Positions 40,619 to 50,076 of a DNA stretch of 64,000 nt are shown here, piece by piece; the stretch's first letter is position 1; each line of letters starts with the position of its first letter. The notes below the pieces were generated by a model. That model worked only from the letters and a program-made list of their open reading frames with translations, had not been told where the DNA came from and searched no databases. The translations under genes were made by a program, and so were the position numbers. Origin of the DNA: an uncultured Clostridiaceae bacterium (GTDB lineage Bacteria; Bacillota; Clostridia; TANB77; CAG-508); NCBI GenBank assembly GCA_949927585.1, contig CATLFA010000006.1, positions 3,121 to 67,120 on the forward strand, written 5' to 3'.

Positions 40619-40957
40619 ATGAAATACAAAAATAAAAAAACAAAAGTAGATATGTATGTATTTGATAGTGCACTAGAAGCAAAAAGATATAAACAACTAG
40701 TATTATTAGAGCGAGCAGGAGAAATAAGTAATTTAAGACTACAAGTGCCGTTTTTACTACAAGAAAGTTTTAGAAAAAATAATAAAACATATAGAAAAAT
40801 AGAGTACATAGCAGACTTTGTATATGAACAAAATGGACAAACAATAGTAGAAGACACGAAAGGAATAAAGACAGATGTATTCAAAATTAAACAAAAATTA
40901 TTTGAACATAAATACAAAGATTTAACTTTAAAAATAGTAACAAAGGAGGAGATATAA
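40619..40957 (+). CDS. DUF1064-like protein (putative Holliday-junction resolvase-type nuclease)
   Basis: FDSALEAKRYKQLVLLERAGEISNLRLQ and IADFVY..EDTKG pattern. Confidence 0.6.
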   Translation: MKYKNKKTKVDMYVFDSALEAKRYKQLVLLERAGEISNLRLQVPFLLQESFRKNNKTYRKIEYIADFVYEQNGQTIVEDTKGIKTDVFKIKQKLFEHKYKDLTLKIVTKEEI

Positions 40958-41131
40958 GTGAAAAATACTACATTAAATTTAATGACTACAATAATATTAT
41001 TAACTATTATAACTTTATTTAATTGTATAAATATAAAACAACAACATCACATACAAAACATAGAAACAAAATTAAACATATATGAGCAAAGTTATAATAA
41101 TTTTGTGTTAGAAGATAGTTTGAAGCAGTAG
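40958..41131 (+). CDS. 57-aa membrane protein
   Basis: GGAGG RBS 8 nt before GTG 40958; TM helix. Confidence 0.4.
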   Translation: MKNTTLNLMTTIILLTIITLFNCINIKQQHHIQNIETKLNIYEQSYNNFVLEDSLKQ

Positions 41132-41144
41132 AGGAGGAAAACTT

Positions 41145-41423
41145 ATGTCAGAGGAAGATAAGAAAGCAATACAAAGATTAGAATACATAAATAGACAATA
41201 TGACTGTAATAATTACTACAGTATATATGATTTAGAATGTATAGAGACAATTTTAAATCTAATACAATCACAGCAAGAAGAGTTAGAAAAGAATAAAAGA
41301 CTATTTAGTATTCAAGAAAAAAGAAAATTACAGTTATTGCAACGAAAAGATAAAGAAATAGAAAAGAAAGATAAAATAATAAATGAAATGGCAAAACATT
41401 TAGAAAAATATTCAACAAAATAA
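41145..41423 (+). CDS. coiled-coil phage protein
   Basis: GAGGAGG RBS. Confidence 0.6.
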   Translation: MSEEDKKAIQRLEYINRQYDCNNYYSIYDLECIETILNLIQSQQEELEKNKRLFSIQEKRKLQLLQRKDKEIEKKDKIINEMAKHLEKYSTK

Positions 41424-41443
41424 GCAACTAAAAATTGTTGCTT
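41422..41443. terminator. short hairpin between convergent phage genes
   Basis: aagcaac taaaaat gttgctt, 7-bp stem. Confidence 0.45.
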
Positions 41444-41450
41444 ATAAATA

Positions 41451-41912
41451 CTAATCAAATACAAGAAAAGAAGTACCTGCGCTAGAATAACTTTCTATAA
41501 TATGTCTAGAATTAATTTTAAGTTTAAAATCGAAATATGCGTATTTACCTTTATAACCAACCCAACCCTTGCCTAAATAACGAAGAGTAGCATAAACTTT
41601 ATTTTTCTGATTAATATAAGCTTCACTATTGCCTTCGATAAAATAAAGTAATTCAAGAAGAAGTTTATCAGACATACGTTTTCCTACAATATGAAAGTCT
41701 TCTAGTATTTGTATTAAATCTTGTTCGTTCTGAGGAAATGCTTTAGATACAACAAGTTTATTATCAATAATTTCTTTAACAACAAAATGATTAACGTGAC
41801 AATCATTAATTAGACCAAGTTGTTGAGCTTCTTTTAGACTTACATTTAAAGTATATGAAGAAATATGACCATTTCCATTTTTTTTAGCAATTAAACTGTT
41901 TTGTTTTTTCAT
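41451..41912 (-). CDS. reverse-oriented phage accessory protein (unknown)
   Basis: 153-aa ORF opposite to flanking genes; own hairpin at 41422-41443; palindromic operators upstream. Confidence 0.65.
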   Translation of the reverse strand: MKKQNSLIAKKNGNGHISSYTLNVSLKEAQQLGLINDCHVNHFVVKEIIDNKLVVSKAFPQNEQDLIQILEDFHIVGKRMSDKLLLELLYFIEGNSEAYINQKNKVYATLRYLGKGWVGYKGKYAYFDFKLKINSRHIIESYSSAGTSFLVFD

Positions 41913-41967
41913 AATTACACCTCAGCAAAAAGTATAACATTTTATAACTAAAAAGTCAATGAAAAAA

Positions 41968-42005
41968 GCGTATCGCAATAATAAATAGAATTGCGTATCG
42001 CAATT
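41968..42005. promoter_or_regulatory. two copies of GCGTATCGCAAT; second is a 7-3-7 palindrome AATTGCG-TAT-CGCAATT
   Basis: 41968-41979 and 41993-42004, 25 bp apart, in a divergent intergenic region. Confidence 0.6.
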
Positions 42006-42036
42006 AATTAAAAAATATAAGAGGAGGTAAGCAAAG

Positions 42037-42267
42037 CTGAGTAAAAAAGAAATAGAAAATAAATTAGAACAAACAGAAGATGACGAAATAGTAATAAGTT
42101 TACTATATCAAAAAACAGAATTATTAGAAGAAGAGTTAGAACAACTAGAAACAAACAATAAAAATCTTATAGAGTATATAGAAAAGAAAATGAGCGAATA
42201 TGACGAAACTATTATAGAACTTGTATTACAAAATATATTAACATTTGCGAAAGGAGAAAAGGAATGA
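42037..42267 (+). CDS. coiled-coil ORF with probable CTG start
   Basis: GAGGAGG 9 nt upstream of CTG 42037; in-frame TAA at 42028; stop overlaps next ATG (ATGA). Confidence 0.4.
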   Translation: MSKKEIENKLEQTEDDEIVISLLYQKTELLEEELEQLETNNKNLIEYIEKKMSEYDETIIELVLQNILTFAKGEKE

Positions 42268-42515
42268 TTTTCAATGATATAGAAAAAACATTTATATTAA
42301 TAAAAAAAGATAACTTAATTAAATTCAACAAGCATTGTAGTAGAGAATTAACAATAAAAACAACGGAAATACAATGCACATTATTTTATAATCGCGAAAG
42401 TAAAAGAGATAAAGATTATAAAAAATTAAAAGAGTTTGAGGAGGAAAAAAGAAATAGTACAATAATTGTTTATAGTGATGATTATGATGACAAAATTAAT
42501 ATGCAAGAACTATAA
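42264..42515 (+). CDS. phage hypothetical protein
   Basis: AGGAG RBS. Confidence 0.55.
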   Translation: MIFNDIEKTFILIKKDNLIKFNKHCSRELTIKTTEIQCTLFYNRESKRDKDYKKLKEFEEEKRNSTIIVYSDDYDDKINMQEL

Positions 42516-42549
42516 GCAATAAACGAAAAAGTAAAGGAGCTTGATTGAA

Positions 42550-42792
42550 ATGAATAAAGATGATGAAATAACAAGAGAAGAAATAAGAATAAAAGCATAT
42601 AAAATGAAAGTAAAGAATTTCCTAAAAGAAGTATTAGACGAAAAAATAACAAAAGACACACAAATAAGATATGGTGCAGGCTATTATACATTTTATATTG
42701 AAAACTTTAAATTTATTAATAATTCAAATGGAATAGGACTAATTACAATAAAAATATTAAATGATGAAATAGAGGTGTTTACAGATGAATAA
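42550..42792 (+). CDS. phage hypothetical protein
   Basis: GGAG RBS; ATG 42550. Confidence 0.55.
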   Translation: MNKDDEITREEIRIKAYKMKVKNFLKEVLDEKITKDTQIRYGAGYYTFYIENFKFINNSNGIGLITIKILNDEIEVFTDE

Positions 42793-43063
42793 AGAATTAG
42801 AAGAAACTATAAAAATATTAAAAAGAAGAAATAAAATATTAAAATTAGACTATGCAATAACTAATGAAGATTTAAAAGCAATACAAACAGTATTAAAATA
42901 CATAGATAATTCTATATCTAAAGAAGTAATAAAAGAGAAGATAGAAGAATTACAAAAAGAATATGAATTATTATTAGAACATCAAAATGGACAAGAAAGC
43001 AATAGAACAAAATATTTAAGAGGAAAAATACATATGTGTCAAGAATTACTAGAACAAAAATAA
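42785..43063 (+). CDS. coiled-coil phage protein
   Basis: GAGGTG RBS. Confidence 0.55.
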   Translation: MNKELEETIKILKRRNKILKLDYAITNEDLKAIQTVLKYIDNSISKEVIKEKIEELQKEYELLLEHQNGQESNRTKYLRGKIHMCQELLEQK

Positions 43064-43089
43064 CGCATACTACACTTAAGAGGTGTAAT

Positions 43090-43293
43090 ATGACAGACAA
43101 AGAAATAATTCAATTGTGGCATGAAGGCTATACAAGATTAAACTTAGCAAAAATATACATGAGAAGATATAACGAGAAAGTAAAAATAATAAGACTAGAC
43201 ATGAAGAATCGACATGTAAGATTTATAACGTATAAAGAAGCGTTGAATAGAGTTGAGAGAATATTAATAAAAAATATAAAAGAAAGAAGGTAA
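43090..43293 (+). CDS. small HTH protein (paralogue of 40405..40608)
   Basis: GAGGTG RBS before ATG 43090; KEIIQLWHEGYTRLNLAKIY. Confidence 0.5.
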   Translation: MTDKEIIQLWHEGYTRLNLAKIYMRRYNEKVKIIRLDMKNRHVRFITYKEALNRVERILIKNIKERR

Positions 43294-43297
43294 AAAG

Positions 43298-43711
43298 ATG
43301 GAAAGAAAATATAATGAAAAAATAATTATAAAAGATGGCAAAATAATCTATGCAATACAATTAGATGAGAAAAATAAGAAAAATTATATAACAATAAACA
43401 GAGGAGAGATATATTTTACAGATAGTTGGTATAGTTCATTAGAAGATTTTAATTTTAATGATGAATCTCATAGAATAGCAAAAGAAATATTCATACAACA
43501 ATTGCAAACAGATATAAAAACAAAAATTGGAGAACTAAAATTACTAGAAGAAGTATTTAAAAGTATAGGACTACAGGAATGCATTGGAACAGTTATTCCA
43601 GACAGTTCAAAAATATTATTAGAAGCAAAGAAAGATATACAAGAAGAAGTAACAAAACAAATAGAAGAAAGCGTAAAACCAATTGCTAGAAAGAAGAAAA
43701 AAGCAGTTTAA
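43298..43711 (+). CDS. phage hypothetical protein
   Basis: RBS gaagg. Confidence 0.55.
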   Translation: MERKYNEKIIIKDGKIIYAIQLDEKNKKNYITINRGEIYFTDSWYSSLEDFNFNDESHRIAKEIFIQQLQTDIKTKIGELKLLEEVFKSIGLQECIGTVIPDSSKILLEAKKDIQEEVTKQIEESVKPIARKKKKAV

Positions 43712-43761
43712 AATACATAAGAAAGAAGTGAGAATAAAAAATAAGAAAAAAGGAGGTACAA

Positions 43762-44160
43762 ATGAATAAACAATTGTTAATCCAATACAATGATTTAATA
43801 AAAGAAAAAAAGAAACTAGAAAAGAGAATAGAAAAATTAGAAAAGCAAAGCTCAATGGTATCAGACGTAGTTCAAAATGGATATAAGAGGCATGCAGTCA
43901 TATTCGGATATGATTTAAGTAGAAATAATAAATTGAACCAATTAAAACAAACATTAGTAGAAAGAGACGCAATGATAATAATGCAACAAGTTGAAATAGA
44001 AAACTATATAAACGCAATTGAGCAAAGTGATATAAGACAAATATTTGGACATAGATACATAGATAACATGAACTGGTATCAAATACAAACTATAATGGGA
44101 TATAATCATGAGGATACAGCAAGAAAAAAACATGATAAATTTATTGAAAAAAATTTATAA
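43762..44160 (+). CDS. sigma-70 region-4-like late transcription activator (DUF1492/RinA/ArpU-like)
   Basis: C-terminal IRQIFGHRYIDNMNWYQIQTIMGYNHEDTARKKHDKFIEK; position just before the packaging module. Confidence 0.55.
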   Translation: MNKQLLIQYNDLIKEKKKLEKRIEKLEKQSSMVSDVVQNGYKRHAVIFGYDLSRNNKLNQLKQTLVERDAMIIMQQVEIENYINAIEQSDIRQIFGHRYIDNMNWYQIQTIMGYNHEDTARKKHDKFIEKNL

Positions 44161-44537
44161 ATTTCCGATTTTTCCGCTTTTTATATGCTAAAATAGTAGT
44201 AGGTAGAAAAGTATAAAGAAAGGAGATTACCTTTCGGCAATTCAATTTCTACCTTGCACAGTCAGAAATGGCTCACAGACCAAGTGCAAAAATACCATAA
44301 AATACCTTGTAAAATAAAAGTTTCATAGAGATTGTACTTAACAGTCTCTTACCAGCACGTAAAACTCAATAAAACAAGATAAAGTGAAATAGAAAACGAT
44401 ATGTTAAAGCTTGTTAAAACATATATAAGTACAAAGTAGCAAGATTAGGTTGTGATGTCGAGTTGTCCTAGTTGTAGAGTTAGTTATATAAAATATAGCT
44501 AGCTCTTTTAAAATATAAAGAAAGGAAAGAGAAAAAA

Positions 44538-44744
44538 ATGAAAGATAGAGCAGAAAAATTAATGAATGCAGTTTATTTAGATAGTGAAGAACAAAAGAAT
44601 AAAATACAAAATACAAGAAAAGCCTTTACAGAAGTAACTGCGTTTGTATTAGAAAATATGAAAGATAGTAGAGAAAAGAGTTTAACATTAATAAAACTTG
44701 AAGAAGCTTGTATGTGGGCAATAAAAGGAATAACAAGGGAATAA
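44538..44744 (+). CDS. phage hypothetical protein
   Basis: AAAGGAAAGAG RBS. Confidence 0.5.
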   Translation: MKDRAEKLMNAVYLDSEEQKNKIQNTRKAFTEVTAFVLENMKDSREKSLTLIKLEEACMWAIKGITRE

Positions 44745-45092
44745 AATTAGATATTAATAATACTAGATAAATTAATATATATTAGACGATTATAGAATAT
44801 CGCCTCCTTTCAAAAAAATATAAAATGGCAATAGAGGAATAAAAGACAATTCTAGTTAAGTCTAAATGATTATGCATTATTGTACAAAGCTACAATAGTG
44901 CATTTTCTATATAAAATTGTATGAAGTGATATAAAGGTATGTAGTGAAGAAAACACTAAACCTATGAATGCAAAGAAAAAAACACGTGAAATACTATGAG
45001 GTTTGATTATTTACTTATAGTAACATAAAGAATAATCAATAATGCAAATTTATATCATTTCATAGAGTCTTATAGAAAAGGAAACAAAAGAT

Positions 45093-45350
45093 ATGGAACA
45101 ATGTTTAATAGATAACAAAATATGTTCAGAACAAAACAGAAGATGTAAAGTCTGTAAATTAAATGATTGTAGGAGAACAGTACAAATGATAGAAGATGAA
45201 CAAAAATGGATAGATAAAAGTAATTTAGAAAAGTTAAGGAAGAAACTTCCAAGCGAATGTCAACAATGCAATTTATTAGAAATTATAAATTTAAGTAAAG
45301 AAAAGGTGAAATGCTTTTACAGAATAAATGATAGATGTATATTAAAATAA
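45093..45350 (+). CDS. Cys-rich phage protein
   Basis: several CxxC-like pairs; followed by hairpin aagcacagt..actgtgctt at about 45381-45408. Confidence 0.5.
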   Translation: MEQCLIDNKICSEQNRRCKVCKLNDCRRTVQMIEDEQKWIDKSNLEKLRKKLPSECQQCNLLEIINLSKEKVKCFYRINDRCILK

Positions 45351-45444
45351 TTATATAGCAAAATAGGGTAGCTCCCGACAAGCACAGTACTCCACTGTGC
45401 TTTTTGCTATTTATATTGGAGAAAATAATAGGAGGTTATTTTAA

Positions 45445-46056
45445 ATGAAAGAAATATGGAAAAATATAAAAGGATATGAAGGATATTATCAAGTTAGTAA
45501 TTTAGGAAAAGTAAAAGGATTAAGAAGGACAATAATTTCAAAACATAAAAATGGTTATTATACAAGGGTTATAAATGAAAAAATCTTATCAACAAAATTA
45601 GATAATAGTGGATATCTAGTTGTAGGATTAACAAAAGAAGGTCTATGTACAACAACAAGAGTACATAGACTTGTAGCGCAAGCTTTTATATCTAATCCAC
45701 AAAATAAACCACAAGTAAATCATATAGACGGAGTAAAAACAAATAACAAAGTAGAAAATTTAGAATGGAATACTTCTCAAGAAAATAATCAACATGCAAT
45801 AAAGACAGGTTTAAGAAAAGTAACAGAAAAACAAAAAGAAGCATCTATAAAAAATATATTAAAAGCATGCGAAAAAAATAAAGTTAAAGTAATGCAGTTT
45901 GATTTAAATGGAAATTATATAAAAACATGGGATAGCATTTTAGAAGCTAGTAAACATTGTGGAATTAAAAGTAGTTCAAATATAATACATAATTGCCAAG
46001 GAAAAAATAGTAAAGCAGGGGGATACAGATGGAAATATGTAAAGTTAGAAAAATAA
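45445..46056 (+). CDS. HNH homing-type endonuclease (NUMOD4 + HNH_3-like)
   Basis: [19 protein letters not shown] and [20 protein letters not shown] motifs. Confidence 0.8.
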   Translation: MKEIWKNIKGYEGYYQVSNLGKVKGLRRTIISKHKNGYYTRVINEKILSTKLDNSGYLVVGLTKEGLCTTTRVHRLVAQAFISNPQNKPQVNHIDGVKTNNKVENLEWNTSQENNQHAIKTGLRKVTEKQKEASIKNILKACEKNKVKVMQFDLNGNYIKTWDSILEASKHCGIKSSSNIIHNCQGKNSKAGGYRWKYVKLEK

Positions 46057-46083
46057 ATATAAAAAAGACTAAGCAAAGTTAGT

Positions 46084-46248
46084 CTAAAACTTTTTCATAG
46101 TATCTTCAATAGCATAAGTAAAGTATTCTACGTCTTCATCTGCGTTAATATCAAAAGCAGAGAAGCCAGTTTGAGCATCTTTATAGATAGAAATTGAGAT
46201 AGTACCAACTTTTTCGCTACAACTTTTATTATTTATGATATTTAACAT
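46084..46248 (-). CDS. 54-aa acidic protein, divergent from the MazF-like gene
   Basis: AGGAGAACGAGA RBS before ATG 46248; below track cut-off. Confidence 0.45.
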   Translation of the reverse strand: MLNIINNKSCSEKVGTISISIYKDAQTGFSAFDINADEDVEYFTYAIEDTMKKF

Positions 46249-46380
46249 TCTCGTTCTCCTTTCTTTAGCAAATGAAAATCAATAATATTATATTTAAAAC
46301 AAAAAGTTTGTCGAAAATTGAAAATAGTTAAAATTAATTAATAGCTTAATAACATAAAATAGAAAGAAAAGGTGAGTTAA

Positions 46381-46764
46381 ATGCCAGAAATTGGGGATAT
46401 ATGGGTTGCAACAATTCCAAAAATAGAAACAAAAAATAATAGAATAATAAGTGTAAAATTAGAAAGAAGACCGTGTTTAATCATAGATGATGGACACGGT
46501 TTTATTATAGAAAAAAATAATGATTATTTAGGTATGAAAATAACTACTAAAGATAAGAAAAATAAAAAAGAAATAACAAACTGGTATGACGTAGGACTAA
46601 GGCAGAAGTCATTTGTTCGTATAGAAATGCCAATAAAAATAGAAACAAATCAATTAGTAAAGAAAATAGGTAAGCTAAGCAAATGTGATACTTATGTTTA
46701 TATAAATGAATTAATGAGTTTTATAAATAAGGATATAAAAAGTAAGTTTGGTGATGCTATATGA
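46381..46764 (+). CDS. PemK/MazF-fold toxin-like protein
   Basis: GDIWVATIP..ERRPCLII..MKITTK..SFVRIEMPIKIETNQLVKKIGKL follows the MazF/PemK motif order. Confidence 0.55.
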   Translation: MPEIGDIWVATIPKIETKNNRIISVKLERRPCLIIDDGHGFIIEKNNDYLGMKITTKDKKNKKEITNWYDVGLRQKSFVRIEMPIKIETNQLVKKIGKLSKCDTYVYINELMSFINKDIKSKFGDAI

Positions 46765-47042
46765 ACATTAATCAAAACATAAATAAATTATTATATGCAT
46801 TAAAACAAAAAGGACAGTTTTATAAAATAAATAGTTTTCAATTTTATAGTGAGAAGAATGATAAATATTGTACTAAGTATCAAATAATGAAAAAAGAATT
46901 AGCAGAAGTATACAATATTGAAACAGAAGAAATGGAAAAGCAAGAAAGATACAAACAAGTTAAAGAATGTTATAGCAAAATAGATTTAATAAAATATCTA
47001 GCAGAAGAATATAGAAAAGGAAGTGAGGCAGATGGAAGATGA
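46761..47042 (+). CDS. phage hypothetical protein, translationally coupled to the MazF-like gene
   Basis: ATGA overlap with upstream stop. Confidence 0.5.
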   Translation: MNINQNINKLLYALKQKGQFYKINSFQFYSEKNDKYCTKYQIMKKELAEVYNIETEEMEKQERYKQVKECYSKIDLIKYLAEEYRKGSEADGR

Positions 47043-47451
47043 AGTAAAAGAAAATAACTATAATAATTTAACATTAAAACAACAAAAATTTATAGACTTT
47101 TATATAGAAAAAGGAAATGCTACAGAAGCAGCAGAATTAGCAGGATATAAAGGTAAAAATCTTAACAGAATAGCTTCAGAGAACTTGTCAAAACTAGACA
47201 GTTACATAAAAGTTAGATTAAAACAATTAGAAGATAAAAGAATAGCAACAGCAGATGAAGTATTAAAATATTTTACTTCTGTTATGCGAGGACAAATAAA
47301 AGATAGTTTTGGAATAGATGCTTCACTAAGAGATAGAAATGATGCTGCAAAGAGTTTAGCACAAAGGTTTGGAATAAATGCACCAGATAAAGAAAACAAA
47401 ACAGATATGGAATTAAGAATAAAAGTAGACTACGGTGATGATGAAGAATGA
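47023..47451 (+). CDS. terminase small subunit
   Basis: LTLKQQKFIDFYIEKGNATEAAELAGY (Terminase_2-like HTH); start GTG 47023 or ATG 47032. Confidence 0.8.
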   Translation: MRQMEDEVKENNYNNLTLKQQKFIDFYIEKGNATEAAELAGYKGKNLNRIASENLSKLDSYIKVRLKQLEDKRIATADEVLKYFTSVMRGQIKDSFGIDASLRDRNDAAKSLAQRFGINAPDKENKTDMELRIKVDYGDDEE

Positions 47452-48671
47452 ATATAATAGTACAAAGCAATAAAGTGTTTAAACCAGTTCATCAATCAAA
47501 ATTAAGATATATAATTATGAAAGGCTCTGCAGGAAGTGGAAAGTCAGTAGATACAGCACAACAATATATATTAAGATTAATGAATGATAAGGGGAGAAAT
47601 TTATTATGTTTAAGAAAGTCAGAAGTTACCAATAGAGATTCTACTTTTGCAGAATTAATAAGTGCTGTAAACAGAATAGGTGTGGCGAACTACTGGAAAG
47701 CTACTTTAAATCCATTAAGCCTTAAATGTATAAATGGCAATAAAATTATATTTCGAGGCATGAATGATGAAAGACAAAGAGAAAAATTAAAATCTATTAC
47801 TTTCGAAAATGGAAAATTAACAGATGTATGGTTTGAAGAATTAACAGAATTTACACAAAATGACTTTGAAATAATAGACGACCGTTTGAGAGGTGAACTT
47901 CCAGATGGTTTGTTTTATCAAATAAAGGGGACTTTTAACCCAGTTAATGCACAGCATTGGGTAAAAAAAGTCTTTTTTGATATATCAGACCCGAACGTAT
48001 TAACACATCATAGCACATATTTAGACAATAGATTTGTTGATGAAGCATATAAACAACGTATGATGAGAAGAAAATTAATTGATCCAGAAGGTTACCGAAT
48101 ATATGGAGAAGGAGAATGGGGAGAAATTGGAGGACTTATTCTTCATAATTGGGAAGTAAAAGAAATATCACAAGAATTACAATACTATGACAGTATATCA
48201 ATAGGACAAGACTTTGGATTTAATCACGCAAATGCAATTTTATTATTAGGATTTAAAGATGGAAATATTTACATATTAAAAGAAATATATGTTTATGAAA
48301 AGGATACATCTGAAATTATACCTATAGCAAATAATCTAGAAATACCAAAGAATAAAAAAATGTATTGCGATAGTGCAGAGCCTGACCGAATCAATATGTG
48401 GAGAAAAGAAAAATATAAAGCAGAAGCTGTAGTAAAAGAAAAAGGTTGCGTTAATTCTCAAATAGATTGGCTAAAACAAAGGAAAATATATGTACACCCA
48501 AGTTGCATATGGACAATTAAAGAATTACAGCAATGGAAATGGCAAAAAGATGAAAAAACCAATACATATTTAGATACACCAGTAGAAATATTTGATGATG
48601 CAATGGCAGCATTAAGATATGGCATAGAAGGACAAAGAAAAGGACTATCTGGTTTATCAATATTAAAATAA
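47448..48671 (+). CDS. terminase large subunit
   Basis: Walker A GSAGSGKS; ATGA overlap with terS; nuclease-domain acidic residues. Confidence 0.9.
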   Translation: MNIIVQSNKVFKPVHQSKLRYIIMKGSAGSGKSVDTAQQYILRLMNDKGRNLLCLRKSEVTNRDSTFAELISAVNRIGVANYWKATLNPLSLKCINGNKIIFRGMNDERQREKLKSITFENGKLTDVWFEELTEFTQNDFEIIDDRLRGELPDGLFYQIKGTFNPVNAQHWVKKVFFDISDPNVLTHHSTYLDNRFVDEAYKQRMMRRKLIDPEGYRIYGEGEWGEIGGLILHNWEVKEISQELQYYDSISIGQDFGFNHANAILLLGFKDGNIYILKEIYVYEKDTSEIIPIANNLEIPKNKKMYCDSAEPDRINMWRKEKYKAEAVVKEKGCVNSQIDWLKQRKIYVHPSCIWTIKELQQWKWQKDEKTNTYLDTPVEIFDDAMAALRYGIEGQRKGLSGLSILK

Positions 48672-48682
48672 GAGGTGCAAAT

Positions 48683-50062
48683 ATGGATATAAACAAAATA
48701 AAAAGAATAATAACACAAGATTATGAAAGAAGAAGACAAATTGCAATAGAAAAGAAATACTACGAAAATGATAATATTATTAAAATAACAGGAATATTAC
48801 CAGCAGATACAGACCCATTAAGAAATGCAGACAATAGAGTGTCACATAACTTTCATCAACTAATAACAGATGAAAAAGTTGCATATATGTTTACAAATCC
48901 AGTTTTATTTGATACAGGAGACGAGAATATAAATAAACAAATAACAAGAACACTAGGAGATGACTTTAAAAGCGAAAGTGCTTATCTATGTACTAATGCA
49001 ACTAATAATAAAGTAGGTTGGTTACACTATTGGATAGACAGTGATGACAAGAGTTTTCAATATGCAACAGTAGAAACAGAACAATGCTTACCGCAATTTG
49101 ATGGAAAATTAAAGAAAAAGTTAATAGGTTTTTATAGATATTATGAAGTAGTAGAAGATGATGAAAGATATAATATTAAATCATACGTTATATTTGAGTT
49201 TTGGGACAACAAACATTGTGAAAAATATAAATTTAAAGGTAATTTACAAGGTACAGGACTTACATATATGCCAGAGGCTTACGAAGAATTTGAACACGAA
49301 TTAGGAGATGTTCCTTTTATCGAATTTAAAAATAATAGAAATATGATAAGTGACTTAAAAAAGTACAAAGACTTAATAGATATATATGACAAAGTAATGT
49401 CAGGATATGCAAATGATTTAGAAGATATACAACAACTTATATACATATTAGAAAATTATGGTGGAGAAGACTTAAAAGAATTTTTAGGAGAACTAAAGAG
49501 GTTTAAGACTGTAAAAACAGAAACAGGAGCAGATGGAAGAACCAATGGAGGTTTAAAAACACTATCTATTGAGATACCAGTTGAAGCAAGAAATAGTATA
49601 CTTGAAATATTAAAAAAGCAAATATATGAAAGTGGACAAGCACTACAACAAGATAATGAGGATTTTGGAAATGCAAGTGGTGTAGCATTAAAGTTCTTCT
49701 ACAGAAAATTAGAATTAAAAGCAGGATTAACACAAATAGAATTTGAAAAAGGATTTAGTAAATTAATAAGAGCAGTAATGAAGTTCTTAAATATATCTGA
49801 CTGGAAAACAATAACAATAACACAAACATGGACAAGGAACATGATAAGCAATGATTTAGAAAACGCACAAATAGCAAATGAAAGTAAAGCAAGTGAAACA
49901 ATATCAGATGAAACTATTGTTAAAAATCATCCTTGGGTAGAAAATCCAGAAGAAGAATTAAAGAAGCTAAAAACACAAAAAGAAGAAGCACAAAAAAGAC
50001 AACAGGAATTGTTTGCGAATGCAGGTGGATTTGATGATAATAATAATGATGACACCGAATAG
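48683..50062 (+). CDS. portal protein (SPP1 gp6-like)
   Basis: 459 aa directly after terL; acidic C-terminus. Confidence 0.85.
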   Translation: MDINKIKRIITQDYERRRQIAIEKKYYENDNIIKITGILPADTDPLRNADNRVSHNFHQLITDEKVAYMFTNPVLFDTGDENINKQITRTLGDDFKSESAYLCTNATNNKVGWLHYWIDSDDKSFQYATVETEQCLPQFDGKLKKKLIGFYRYYEVVEDDERYNIKSYVIFEFWDNKHCEKYKFKGNLQGTGLTYMPEAYEEFEHELGDVPFIEFKNNRNMISDLKKYKDLIDIYDKVMSGYANDLEDIQQLIYILENYGGEDLKEFLGELKRFKTVKTETGADGRTNGGLKTLSIEIPVEARNSILEILKKQIYESGQALQQDNEDFGNASGVALKFFYRKLELKAGLTQIEFEKGFSKLIRAVMKFLNISDWKTITITQTWTRNMISNDLENAQIANESKASETISDETIVKNHPWVENPEEELKKLKTQKEEAQKRQQELFANAGGFDDNNNDDTE

Positions 50063-50076
50063 GAGGTGTTATTTTT

